A DNA stretch of 64,000 bases from an uncultured Planctomycetota bacterium (GCA_963719315.1 CAVRBU010000004.1:128001-192000), one strand, 5' to 3'; shown: positions 32,189 through 43,407, counted from the first letter of the stretch. Translations and numbers: made by a program. The notes: generated by a model from the letters alone, not told the origin.

Positions 32189-33100
32189 TTACTTCGACGC
32201 TGGGGTCAGCGGCAGTTCGAAATAAAAGACTTCGTTCTTGTCGTTTTCGCCACAGACTTCGCTGGTCGAGATTTCCAACCGATCGCCCAGAATGGTTCGC
32301 GCGCTGATTTCGCCGCGGGTATCGGTCACGAGGAACTCGGCCGGATGAACGAAAAATATGGGAATCCCATTCTCTTTCGAGCGGGCTTGCACGATCGGGT
32401 CGTTCGTTTTGGGTCCGAACATCCCGCCGGAGGGACAGATCAAAAAGCTGGGCCCACCTTCGCTCAGACGCTTGACAAGATCAGGATCCCGTCGATCGGC
32501 GCAGATCATGATTCCGACCCGGCCGAAAGGAGTGCGAAACACTGGCGTTTCAGTTCCTGGCGTGTTGCGAATCAGTTCGTGTTCTAACTTGTGTTTGCGA
32601 TACTTGCCGAGGAGCTTGCCATCGGGATCGATGAAGACCGCCGTGTTGTAGCGGTGGTCGCCGTCGGCTTCCAGCATTCCGGCGACCAGGTAGATGTCCA
32701 GTCGGCCTGCTAATTCCGATAGTCGCCGAAAATACTCACCAGTCGGAATCGGCTCGCCAAGGGCTCGGTATTGGTCGAGGGGAATCGACTTGTCTTTGAT
32801 GGCGTATCCGTCGAGAAAGCACTCGGTCGTGCATACGAGTTGTGCGCCGCCGCGGGCCGCATCAGTGATCATTTTCGCTGCACGTTGATAATTCGCCTCT
32901 TTATCTGCCCTGAGCCACTTGAGCACCACACCAGCCACGCGCACTCGATTTCCCTTGTCCGAGGGAATCCCTTTCGTGGGGTTTCCGCTCGTTTCGTCAG
33001 CGGCTTGCGCAGCCATTGCGACGACCAGCAAGGCAGCTGCGCTAAGGGCCTTGACGACCCGCCAACCAGTCCTCACATCGAGTTGGACGTTGCGTTGCAC
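32189..33100 (-). CDS. Exported carbon-nitrogen hydrolase
   Basis: GTG with GGAG RBS; signal peptide ending AAQA; TEC, YRKH, ICAD triad. Confidence 0.87.
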   Translation of the reverse strand: MQRNVQLDVRTGWRVVKALSAAALLVVAMAAQAADETSGNPTKGIPSDKGNRVRVAGVVLKWLRADKEANYQRAAKMITDAARGGAQLVCTTECFLDGYAIKDKSIPLDQYRALGEPIPTGEYFRRLSELAGRLDIYLVAGMLEADGDHRYNTAVFIDPDGKLLGKYRKHKLEHELIRNTPGTETPVFRTPFGRVGIMICADRRDPDLVKRLSEGGPSFLICPSGGMFGPKTNDPIVQARSKENGIPIFFVHPAEFLVTDTRGEISARTILGDRLEISTSEVCGENDKNEVFYFELPLTPASK

Positions 33101-33482
33101 GGCAATTCTCCGTGGCCAGTCGTGCCTACCAAACGCGAAACCATCGTATACAGCATAGCAAATTGACAGGCCCAAGTGGCAAGAACGCTGTTGTCACACG
33201 AGTTCTCGTGAAAATTATTTCATTATGCCAGGCGCCAATGACGCGTACAGCTTGGTAAAATGAACGGCGATATACGCCTTTTGCGTTTCGAGGTTCATCG
33301 CCAATCTGCATTGTCGGCCTAACGAGTGGCGCCACCCGATTTGTCACCGAACGATAACCTTGAAGGAGACGGCGATGGGGGTGGTTAATAGAGTTGCAGT
33401 TGTTCACGTCGGGTGTGCTGCTGCTAAACGTTTCACGATCGATCGCCGTCTCGGCCAGGGAACCCACGTTGAGAGACCCGCA

Positions 33483-35552
33483 ATGCCTTTTTTTCTGTTC
33501 TGTGTTTGTTGCTTTGCGTTGACGGCTAACTCCTTGGCCCAATCGTTCCGACCCGATTGGCACACGGGCGATTATCAAGGTCGCGATCTGGCCATGTGGC
33601 TAGTGATCTCGGAGGACCTGAAAACGTCGTTTCCGCGCGGCGGCGCACCGGTGGTGGTCAAGCCATTCCCGCAGGATGATCGGCTGGTCCTTTCGCTACC
33701 GGAAGGAGAGTCGAACATTCCGGTGCGATTGATCCGCGCGATCGGAAAGCCGGGCGCAATCCTTCAGATGCCTAATGGTCAATTCTATTTTAACGGCAAA
33801 ACGCTGCTCGCGTCGTCTGAGAACATTAACGAGGACGCCGTAACATTCAACGGTGCAATTTATGCGGTCAAGGAGAAACGTCTCGTGAGGCTGGAATCCG
33901 ACAAGGGGATTCCGATTCTTGATTTCGGCCGGGATGGCTTGCCCGACGATGAAGTCCGCGACGTTGCGCTTAGTCCCGACGGCGAACTTTATGTCGCGAC
34001 GGCATCAGGGATCGGCATCCTTTCCAAAGAGAACAAATGGCGGCACCTGACAGGCAGGAGCGGAGGGTTGCCTGTCGATGACGTGACCTGTATGTCGTTT
34101 GCCGACGATGGAACTCTGTGGGTCGGCACGAAAGTCGGGGCGGCACGGCGTTGGCCCAATGGCCAGTGGAATTATCGCATGGGCCCGCGCTGGATGATTG
34201 GCGATGAAGTCATCGACATCGTTGCTGCACCGGAGGGTGGTGCGTATATCCTCACGGCAAACAGCGTGACGCACCTTTTTACTCGGAAAATGACGTTGCG
34301 CGAAAAGGCAAAGCATTACGACGCGATCGCGCAGGCACGACATGTTCGCCACGGCGCGGTAACAAGCTGCAATCTGCGAGACGTCAACGACTTCAACTCC
34401 TGGTACATGGCCGATAGCGACAACGACGGTCTTTGGACGTCGATGTACCTTGGTGCAAAGTGTTTCGAATACGCCGCGACCAAAGATCCCGATGCCAAAC
34501 GAATCGCGAAGCGGCACTTCGATTTTCTCCACAGGCTGGAGACAATCAACGGCATTCCAGGCTTCGTCTCACGCAGCATACGTCCGAGTAAATATGCGCC
34601 GGGGGGACACGAAGAATACCACTATGGCGGCGAAGGCGAATGGCATGAGTCGACCGTCGAACCGGGTTGGCAATGGAAGGCCGATACCAGTTCCGACGAA
34701 CTTTCCGGCCACTTCTTCGCCTGGGGAGTGTATTACGATTACGTCGCCAAGGGCGATGCCGTCGAAGAGAAACGCGTCGAGGAACTGGTCCGACGCGTCG
34801 TCAATCACCTCATCGATCACGACTTTACGCTGACCGACGTCGACGGTCATCCTACACGATGGGCAGTTTATTCTCCGCGGTTGCTACACGGTGATCTCTT
34901 GTGGAGCGACCAAGTTGGCTTCAATGCGCTCGGCATTCTGGCACACTTGAAAGTTGCCATCCATATCTGTGGCGACCAGAAGTTCAAAGACGCCTACCAG
35001 ATGTTGATCGACAAGTGGGGTTACAATGTCAAGGCGATGTTTTCCAAAGAAATGATCCCCAATACGCCGGGCGCCGGGATCAATCACTCCGACGACGAAA
35101 TGGCATGGCTTGAATACTATCACTTGCTGCTTTACCCAGATGTGGACGAGAAGTTGCGCTGGCAGTACCGCTACTCGGCAACGCGGTCGATGCGACCAGA
35201 GATTCCTGAACGATCTCCATTCTTTAATTTCACGTTCGCGATTGCCGAACCTCAGTGGGCACACGTTGCCGACGGTGTGGACACTCTTGAGCGTTGGCCA
35301 CTCGACCTGCGCCAATTCGCAACTCGGAATAGCCAGCGAGCCGATGTCATCGTCGATCCGCGGCGCGGCCGGCATGGAAATCGGCTACTACTTGAACCGG
35401 TTCCAATCGACGAACGCGTGCCGCAAAAATGGAATCACGATCCCTACGTGGCCGACGGCGGCGGAGATGGAAGGCACGAAGAATGCGGCGCTGAATGGCT
35501 CCTGCCTTATTGGATGGCGGTGTATCACAAACTAATCGTGGAAGCGGAATAG
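33483..35552 (+). CDS. Propeller + helical-domain exported protein of unknown function; paralog 2 of 3
   Basis: DGLPDDEV, GGLP, DGTLWVGT; SDNDGLWT, WKADTSSDE, DVDGHPTRW, SDDE, WLLPYWM. Start uncertain. Confidence 0.8.
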   Translation: MPFFLFCVCCFALTANSLAQSFRPDWHTGDYQGRDLAMWLVISEDLKTSFPRGGAPVVVKPFPQDDRLVLSLPEGESNIPVRLIRAIGKPGAILQMPNGQFYFNGKTLLASSENINEDAVTFNGAIYAVKEKRLVRLESDKGIPILDFGRDGLPDDEVRDVALSPDGELYVATASGIGILSKENKWRHLTGRSGGLPVDDVTCMSFADDGTLWVGTKVGAARRWPNGQWNYRMGPRWMIGDEVIDIVAAPEGGAYILTANSVTHLFTRKMTLREKAKHYDAIAQARHVRHGAVTSCNLRDVNDFNSWYMADSDNDGLWTSMYLGAKCFEYAATKDPDAKRIAKRHFDFLHRLETINGIPGFVSRSIRPSKYAPGGHEEYHYGGEGEWHESTVEPGWQWKADTSSDELSGHFFAWGVYYDYVAKGDAVEEKRVEELVRRVVNHLIDHDFTLTDVDGHPTRWAVYSPRLLHGDLLWSDQVGFNALGILAHLKVAIHICGDQKFKDAYQMLIDKWGYNVKAMFSKEMIPNTPGAGINHSDDEMAWLEYYHLLLYPDVDEKLRWQYRYSATRSMRPEIPERSPFFNFTFAIAEPQWAHVADGVDTLERWPLDLRQFATRNSQRADVIVDPRRGRHGNRLLLEPVPIDERVPQKWNHDPYVADGGGDGRHEECGAEWLLPYWMAVYHKLIVEAE

Positions 35553-35902
35553 TCCGGCGTGACATCCAAATTTTTGCAACCTCGGACTCTGGCGGCTGCA
35601 AAAGTTTGAATAACGAGTATTTAACACGAGTCACCTGCCGGACAGAACGATGAACGATGAAAAAGGTTAAGCGCGGCGGCAAGCAGGTGGATGTCGAAAA
35701 ACCGTACTGTCACAACGTCTGCGAAGGGCGGCTGATGGCCTTTGCGGCCAAGCGGAGCGGCAATGTCCTGCTGGTTGGGCACGCGAGGGGCTGAAAGCTA
35801 TACAGCGAGCAGGCGCCGAGCCACAACGACAGCCCAACTGGCGAGTATCTCGGTCCGCGTCGGTCGCTTGCTGACATTCGATCCTGAATGCGAAACAATC
35901 AG

Positions 35903-35938
35903 CGGCGACGAATCGGCGAATGACCTGATTCGTCGCCG
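35903..35938. repeat. Perfect 12-bp inverted repeat (hairpin)
   Basis: CGGCGACGAATC (35903-35914) / GATTCGTCGCCG (35927-35938). Confidence 0.8.
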
Positions 35939-36021
35939 ATATCGCCAAGGCCATTGTGCCGCGGGAAGTGGCATGGTCCATCAAATCGACAGTAGATGAA
36001 ACGCAACTGAGGAGCTCCGAC

Positions 36022-37125
36022 ATGTCCGTCAAGTACCGAGTGGGCGTCATCGGCCACACTGGCCGAGGCGATTATGGCCATGGCCTTGACACTGTCTGGC
36101 TGCAGTTACCCGAGGTGGAAATAGTCGGTGTTGCCGACGTGGATGAGGAAGGCCGTGCGGCGGCCGCCAGGCGACTTGGCGCGCCGCGAGCTTTTGCCGA
36201 CTACCGCAAGTTACTGGACGAGACCAAGCCAGACATTGTTAGCATCTGTCAGCGCTGGCTGGACAAGCATTGCGAAATGGTCGTAGCCGCCGCCGAGCGA
36301 GGCAGCCACGTCTACCTGGAAAAACCCCTGTGCCGCACACCCGAAGAGGCCGACCAAATGTTGACCGCTTGCGACAAGCACAACGTCAAGCTAGCGATTG
36401 CGCACCAGACGCGCTATAGCCCGAAACTCCAAGTCATACGCGATATGGTCCACGACGGAAGAATTGGAAAAGTTATCGAAATCCGCGGGCGCGGCAAAGA
36501 GGATCAGCGCGGCGGGGGCGAGGATCTGTGGGTGCTTGGCAGCCACGTAATGAATCTAATGCACGCGTTCTGCGGCGAACCGCAGTGGTGCTTCGCTTCG
36601 GTCGAGCAAGACGGCCAACCGTTAACAAAACAGCATGTTCGCGAAGGTAGCGAAGGGATTGGCCCGCTCGCCGGCGATACGGTCCGTGCGATGTACGGTA
36701 TGCCGGAGGAAGTGACGGCTTATTTCGGCTCGCGCCGCAACGCCGGCGGCAATCCAACGCGTTTTGGTTTACAGATTTTTGGATCAAAGGGCATCATTGA
36801 AATTCTCACTGGCTATCTGCCCGACGCATACATTTTACCAGACCCTTCCTGGTCGCCGGGGCGAAGCAAGGCTAAATGGATACCGATCTCGTCGGCCGGC
36901 GCGGGAAAACCGGAGCCGCTCCGCAGCGACAATCAGACGGGCAATGTTGTCGCCTGCCGCGACCTGATTAGTGCCATCGAGCAGGATCGACAGCCAGAAT
37001 GCAATATTCTCGAAGGACGTATGACGGTGGAAATGATTGCGTCGGTGTTCGCATCACAAATGACCGGCGGACGGGTAAAGATTCCGCTCGAGACGCGCAT
37101 AAATCCGCTATCGCTCTCTAGTTGA
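36022..37125 (+). CDS. Gfo/Idh/MocA oxidoreductase
   Basis: GAGGAG RBS; VGVIG.TGRG.YGH, YLEKP, GGEDL.VLGSH. Confidence 0.92.
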   Translation: MSVKYRVGVIGHTGRGDYGHGLDTVWLQLPEVEIVGVADVDEEGRAAAARRLGAPRAFADYRKLLDETKPDIVSICQRWLDKHCEMVVAAAERGSHVYLEKPLCRTPEEADQMLTACDKHNVKLAIAHQTRYSPKLQVIRDMVHDGRIGKVIEIRGRGKEDQRGGGEDLWVLGSHVMNLMHAFCGEPQWCFASVEQDGQPLTKQHVREGSEGIGPLAGDTVRAMYGMPEEVTAYFGSRRNAGGNPTRFGLQIFGSKGIIEILTGYLPDAYILPDPSWSPGRSKAKWIPISSAGAGKPEPLRSDNQTGNVVACRDLISAIEQDRQPECNILEGRMTVEMIASVFASQMTGGRVKIPLETRINPLSLSS

Positions 37126-37385
37126 AGCCGGATATTGAAGCCCGATCCCGCATTTGGTTGTTAGGCGCATGCGCGTCGGGCGGCGTCAATTGCTCGGACG
37201 GAAGCTTGGTCGCGGCGAACGTACATCAGCAATCCGCTTGCCCGAGACGACGAATACCATGCTGAGTCACAACTTCCTAACTTCGTAACGGTTTTCGATT
37301 TCCGAATTCTCGGGTGCCCTCAGAAAGCTCATTTGCGCGAGCGGCAACGGCGTTCACGACCGTCGTGCTGGGCACGGCGGGCATA

Positions 37386-39719
37386 TCACCGAGCCGGCCG
37401 CTTTGGCCCGTTGTACGGTTCGGCGCCCCACAACGGAACCGATTTCGGCGGCGCATCGACCAGTTTTTGGTCATCGGTCGTCGGTGCTTGAATCATGCCG
37501 TAGTAACGGCCCATCCAGTAGTCTTCCAACCAGCCGACGGGCGGCGTGGCCGTGCGTCCGCCGTTGCCGCCATCCTGCTGAATGGCCGATCGGCTGCCCC
37601 AGGTGCAGGCTAGTTCGCGAGGCGAGAGGGCCCGCTTGTCGCCAATGTACGGCGTATAGCCGGGTTCGGGCGCGAGGTCTGAACGATGTGAGTTCCGATA
37701 GCTGTGACTGATCGTATCGAGCGACCATTCGCGCAAATGCTGCACCGCCTGTTCACTTTCGCAGTCATTGCCCGTGAGGCCGCCGTAGATGAAATTGAAG
37801 AACGGAATCTTCTGCATCCGCATGACTTCCCAGTGCCTGGCCAGGGCACGCAGGTAAATCGAGCGTAGTCGCGGATCATCGCAGTACGTAATGAGCGGGT
37901 GCAGGCAGTGAAACGCGAGTTCATCGTCCCATTCCACGATGCTTTCCGGCGGAAACGTGAGCTTTTCGCGAACTGTGTACGTCTCGTATCGCCAAGCCAG
38001 CAGCTGGTCGAGCCCTTTGCGGAAAACTGGATCGCCCGTCAGGTTGAGTGCCGTCCACATGTAGGTTTGCGCTTCCAGGCTGTTGAGGCCGCGTGATTCG
38101 AAACCATACGGCCGCTGCAGGTACTCAGGATCCCAGCGTCCCCAACGAGTCGGCTGGCCATCGACATCGCGCAGCACCCAGCCGTTATCCACGATGTGTT
38201 TCGAGATGCGGGCCAGGTGCTGTGCGGCACGCTTTTTCTCTTCGCCCTGAGCCACCAGGTCATGGAACAACGACACGGCATAGTAATGAGCGTTGACCTC
38301 ATCGCTGGAAGTGTCGCCTTTCCACATCCACAATCCATCCTTGGTCTTGACCCACTTTGCCGGCAGGCCCCCGCTGCCCTGCGTGGAGCGCTCGCCCTGA
38401 TCAACGTCGACGGCCCAAATCGCCCGGGCGAAGAAGCCATCGGTTCCGGTGATCGTCTGTAGCCACGACATCGCCTCAAAGGCATCGAGCGCTTCGCGTC
38501 GAGTCGCTTCGTCGTGCGTGGTGGCGTACTTGAAGCACATAGCGGCCAGGTAATGCGCCGTGTGGCCGCCATCGTTGTCGCTGATTTCCCTCAGCCAGCG
38601 TCCGCCGTTGGCCGAATTCTCTCTGTACAGCTCGTGGACGAAACCGAGACGCTTATGTCCCCCTGCTTCCACTTGCCGCTCGAAGTAGGCGGCCTTCTTT
38701 CGCAAGGTGTACGGTTCGTATCGAATGATGCCCAGGCCGTGATCTGTGGCGATGTACACCGTCTTGTTGTGGACGGCGATCGCATGCACGTTGTTGCCGG
38801 GCAGCCAGTGGTCGGCGCCGAAATAGTGGTACTGATTGCCGACGTTGCGAATCGCGCCCGTGGTGGTGCCGATCCATAGATCGCCGTCAAAACCGGGGGC
38901 GAAACACGTTGTGTCCTCGTAGGGCAGGCCGTCTTTGCCGGCAGTCGTCGTGAGCGCCGCGCCGCGCAGCACAGCCACGCCGCGGTCGGTCGCAATCAAC
39001 AGGCGACTGCCGATTGAGAGCATGTCACGGTGCTCGTGTGATGGCATCGAGCCCCAATCAACCGGCTGAGTGACAAACATTGCTCCGTCAAGCAACGTCA
39101 GCCCGCTACGGCCTAGCAAATGGAGCGTTCCGCAATAGGACGCGATCTGCTCGATCGGGCCGATCCGCACCGGTTCCACGAGCACCTGGCTGCCATCCTC
39201 CTTCATCATGGTTGTGTCGCTGGACAACCAGCCCGACTTGGGTTTGATGTCGATGAACTTGCCGCCTTCCCAACGGAAAATGTTATCGCGAGTCGCCGCA
39301 AGAACCGCGCCGTTGTGCGTGCAGATATCGACAACATGGCCCTCGAACACCTTCTTCGCGGATCGAGCCTGTTCTTCGAACAAGTACAGCGCATCGGCCG
39401 TGGCGCCCCAGAGTTTGCCATCCAGCACAAACAATCGCCGCAAGCCGGCGGGCGCGTTCTTCACGACGTTGAACTCGCTCTCGTCCAGCCGGTGCAGCAC
39501 ACCATCCAGCAGGGCATAGATTTCATCTTGCCAGACGGCTAGCGCCGTCACCGGCTTCTCGCTCGGCACTTTTCGGCCGATCTCCTGCAAGTAAACGTCG
39601 TCGACCGCAGCCGAATAGAGCCGGTGTTTGGGCGGCGCGGTCACTCGCGGCGCGGCAATTGCCGTTTGCGAGCTGCTTGCGATCACCAGACCAAGCAACA
39701 GAGAAGTGCATCGATGCAT
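37386..39719 (-). CDS. Propeller + helical-domain exported protein of unknown function; paralog 3 of 3
   Basis: Signal peptide; DGLPYED, DLWIGT, WLPGNNV; SDNDGGHT, WKGDTSSDE, DVDGQPTRW, WDDE, WLEDYWMGRY. Confidence 0.82.
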   Translation of the reverse strand: MHRCTSLLLGLVIASSSQTAIAAPRVTAPPKHRLYSAAVDDVYLQEIGRKVPSEKPVTALAVWQDEIYALLDGVLHRLDESEFNVVKNAPAGLRRLFVLDGKLWGATADALYLFEEQARSAKKVFEGHVVDICTHNGAVLAATRDNIFRWEGGKFIDIKPKSGWLSSDTTMMKEDGSQVLVEPVRIGPIEQIASYCGTLHLLGRSGLTLLDGAMFVTQPVDWGSMPSHEHRDMLSIGSRLLIATDRGVAVLRGAALTTTAGKDGLPYEDTTCFAPGFDGDLWIGTTTGAIRNVGNQYHYFGADHWLPGNNVHAIAVHNKTVYIATDHGLGIIRYEPYTLRKKAAYFERQVEAGGHKRLGFVHELYRENSANGGRWLREISDNDGGHTAHYLAAMCFKYATTHDEATRREALDAFEAMSWLQTITGTDGFFARAIWAVDVDQGERSTQGSGGLPAKWVKTKDGLWMWKGDTSSDEVNAHYYAVSLFHDLVAQGEEKKRAAQHLARISKHIVDNGWVLRDVDGQPTRWGRWDPEYLQRPYGFESRGLNSLEAQTYMWTALNLTGDPVFRKGLDQLLAWRYETYTVREKLTFPPESIVEWDDELAFHCLHPLITYCDDPRLRSIYLRALARHWEVMRMQKIPFFNFIYGGLTGNDCESEQAVQHLREWSLDTISHSYRNSHRSDLAPEPGYTPYIGDKRALSPRELACTWGSRSAIQQDGGNGGRTATPPVGWLEDYWMGRYYGMIQAPTTDDQKLVDAPPKSVPLWGAEPYNGPKRPAR

Positions 39720-39930
39720 GATGAGATCCTTATGGCGTTAAACTGCTTTGATTATTTGCCCACTTGGCGCGAGAAGTATAGCATGGCACAACAACTGGTC
39801 GACGCGAGGCGATGCGAGTCTAGAGCAACAACCCGGGCGGCCATTGCCTTGTCACGTCGAACTGTCGGCAACCTATGAACACCCAAGCTCGTAGTCCACG
39901 ATTATATCCGATGCCGTCGAGCCGTGCGTT

Positions 39931-40919
39931 ATGAAGAAAGTTCGCTGGGGAATTCTGGGCGCAGCGACGATTGCACGCGAGGCCGTTGTCCCGGCGATGC
40001 TCAAACCTGCGTATCGCGAGCGAGTCGAGGTTGCCGCGATCGCTTCGCGCGATCTGGCGAAAGCCCAAGCGATGGCGACTGTCTTTGGAGTCAGCAAAGC
40101 GTACGGATCGTATGAAGGTCTTCTCGCAGATCCAAATATTGACGCGGTGTACATCCCGCTGCCGAATCACTTGCACGTGCCGTTTGCCATTCGGGCACTT
40201 GAGGCCGGCAAACATGTGCTGTGCGAAAAGCCCATTGCTCTCTCGGCCAGCCAGGCGGACGAGCTTGTACGCGCCGCCGCCGATCATCCACACCTCAAGG
40301 TCATGGAGGCGTTCATGTATCGCCTCCACCCGCAGTGGCAATGGGCAATCGGCGTCGTTCGCGACGGCCGAATCGGCGAAGTGCGAGCCGTTCAGTCATG
40401 CTTTTACTTCGATGACGACAATCCCAACGGCATTCTGCATCACGCCGAGTGGGGCGGCGGGTGTCTGATGGACATCGGGTGCTACCCGGTCTCGCTATCG
40501 CGCTGGTTGTTCCAGGCGGAACCGATTCAAGTGTTGGCATTCATGGACAATGACCCACGCTGTGGCGTGGATCGGTCAATCGCGGGCGTCATGCAATTCC
40601 CGACCGGCGCCGCCACGTTTTCCTGCTCCACGCAGTTGCGCCCTTTCAACACGTGAGTGTCTTTGGGACCCGTGGCCGACTCGAATTGGATTTGCCGTTC
40701 AACCCGCCGACCGACCGTCCTCATCACTCGATTCTCGACGTAGGTGGCGTCGTCGAACATGTTTCGTTCGACATTTGTGATCAATACGGCATCCAGGCCG
40801 ATCTTTTTTCCCGTGCGATACTCGAAAACACGGGCGTGCCAACGCCAATCGGCGACGCCCTCGCCAACATGCGCGTCATCGAGGCTCTTGCCCGTAGTGG
40901 ACGCGCTAGTGTTGCGTGA
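39931..40919 (+). CDS. Gfo/Idh/MocA oxidoreductase; frameshift near 40640
   Basis: WGILG.A.IA, YIPLPNHLH, LCEKP, MEAFMYR, GGG.LMDIGCY. C-terminus (FQHVSVFGTRG...NMRVIEA) is in the next frame. Confidence 0.88.
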
Positions 40920-43401
40920 GAAACTCCTCGGTGTTTAACAGCGCCCAACACACGTCTTCGAAACCATCGGACGGTTTCTCTTTGGAGATGATGTGTTCGA
41001 GTGCCACCTGCATCTCGGCATCGGTCGGCAGACGGCAAACCGCGGCTCGATAGAGTTGCTCGATCACCTGCGAATGCGGACGGCCTTCTCCCAACTGGCG
41101 ATTGAAGCGGTTTTGTTTATCGGCCAGCTTCTTTTGTACCATTTGACCGTTGAAAAGTTCGATCGCCTGGGCTAGGGTTGAATCCGTTCCTCGCTCGCAC
41201 TCGCAGGAGGTGTTGCGCCGGCCGGCCAAACGTATCCAGAAATCCCTGTTTAAAATCCGGACTGGGAACCTCGGTGGCCCGCGTCCCGGCCGGCAGGCCG
41301 GAAAAAGTTTCGTCCACTTGCGTCACCTGACACACCGCGTCGAGCAATTGTTCAGCGGTCAGCAGTCGCGTCTTCGCGTGGGAGAAAAACCGAGTATCCT
41401 CCTGATTCAATTTCGTCGCCTGGCTGCCTAACTGATATGTGCGGCTATTGAGAATCGTTCGCAAAATGTGTTTCTGATCGAATCCGTGTTTCACGAAGTC
41501 ATCGGCGAGCTTATCGAGCAGTGCAGGATTTGCAGGTGGGTTCGACTGGCGGAAGTCATCCACAGGGTCGACAATTCCTTGCCCCATGACCTGGGCCCAA
41601 ATGCGATTTACTGCGACCCGGGCGAAAAACGGGTTCGTGGGCAACGTCAGCCAGTTGGCAAACTCGCGACGCCGATCTGGCACTCCAGGGTCGGCTAGCA
41701 CGCCGCCGCCCGGCAACCACGGTTTCATGATCTGACCGGTGCGTGGCTGGCGCACCTCGCCCTCGCGGGTTACGTAAACGATTTCTTCGTCGACCCGCAG
41801 TCCGGGTTTGCGATTCACGCGCTGGAAAAAAGCCGTCAGGGCGTAGAAGTTGTCTTGCGTCCAATTCTCGAATGGATGGTTGTGGCACTTGGCGCACTGA
41901 ATGCGCGAACCAAGAAAAAGCTGGGCCGTCGTCTCGGCGGCTCCAATCGGGTCGTCGCACGCTCGATAGTAGTTTGCCGCGGGATGATCGTATGTGCTGC
42001 CCTGGGCCGTCAACAGCTCCGTTGCAAACAGATTGAAGGGCTTGTTTGTTTCAAACGCGTCGACCAGCCAATCGTAGAACTTGAACACTCCAGCTTCTTT
42101 GATGCGGTCTTTCTGCAGCCGCAGCAGGTCGCCCCATTTCAGTGCCCAGAAGCGCGCGTGCTCCGGCCGATCGAGCAAGCTGTCGATCAAACGCTGTCGG
42201 CGGTCGGGCTCTTTATCCGCCAAAAACGAATCCTGCTCCTCGATCGACGGCAACTCTCCAATCACATCCAGATAAATGCGACGCACAAATTCGTTGTCCG
42301 AGCATAGGCCGGATGGTTCGTATTGCAGTTGCCGCAGCTTTTCGTAAACCAAATCGTCGATGTAATTGGCGGCCGGTGGATCCGGCCACTTGTAGCCCTC
42401 GATCCTCTTCGTCAACGTGAATTGAGAGGACACCAATTGATCGAGGTAACGGGCCATTACGGCCACTTGACCGCGCCGGTGCCCCTCCAACAGGCCATCG
42501 CCAGAGACCGATGCGATTTGTTCGTCGGATGATGAAAACTTCGTAAGTCGCGTGACATCGCGCACGACACCATTCTCAAAATGGGCCAGCGCTACAATCT
42601 GCTGGCTCAAATAGGGAGCGGTGAGAACTCGTCCGGATGCAGGCAATAACTCCAAACGAACGCATCGTTTGCCGTCCGCAACATCAACGTTGCCACCTTC
42701 GGCGATCCATTGTCTCAGCACGTCATAAGCGAAGTCTCCTGTTTTTAGTTTCAGTCCTCCGCGATGCGGCACCGTCATCGTTGGCTTAAGAAGCAATAGG
42801 CTGTTCGCCGGTTCAATGCTGTTGATTCGGCGGCCTTTTTCCGCGCGAGTGAGCGAGAGTTCGTCGAGCGCATGGTCGTAGGCCTGCAACGATAGCGGGA
42901 ACCCGCCCTTGCCGCTGGGCGATCCATGGCACGCACCGAGTTGCAACCTTGGCGCATGAGCGCGGCGACGGTCTCCGTTCGAAATGAAATCGGCGCCGCT
43001 CGATCAAATCCATCAACGATGACGGACAGCGAGGCTTTTTGATCGGCAACCTGCACCCCTATCTCGCAGTTGCCATCGCCGGCGGGACAAACGACCCCTT
43101 TTTGGCACACAGCAACTGCGGGGGAGGCCGACGCAAATTTCGCTCGACGAGTAAGATCTACGACCAATCCGTTCGGAAAATAACCTGTTACCAATACCAT
43201 CGCCCGGTCGCGGGGCCGATGGAGCTGGAGCTGCTGCGGTTGGACTTCGATGTGCTTCAGCGTGGAGAGATCGAGCGCCGCATCGTTCGCAATAGCGAGA
43301 GGTGGGGCCAGAGCCAGCAACAGCAGTCCGCAGACGGCCAGCGCCGTTCGCAATCTGCCGTCTCGCGGGCGAATCGCTGGACCCGACATCACAACTCTCA
43401 C
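40906..43401 (-). CDS. Ig-like + DUF1549/DUF1553 protein (module A); frameshifts near 42935 and 41215
   Basis: GCNS(G)ACHG, ANYID, RRIYLDVIG, CAKCHNHPF, NPFFAR, FGRP..SCECER, ends EFLTQH. Pieces are ORFs 42775-43401, 41117-42946 and 40906-41229. Confidence 0.88.
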
Positions 43402-43407
43402 CGAGGA

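Noticed and set aside
20900..37170. Integron attC-like cores (GTTAGGT ~20908, GCCTAAC ~33317, GTTAGGC ~37160)
   Set aside because: No paired inverse core with a convincing stem, no cassette array and no integrase; 7-mers like these occur by chance.
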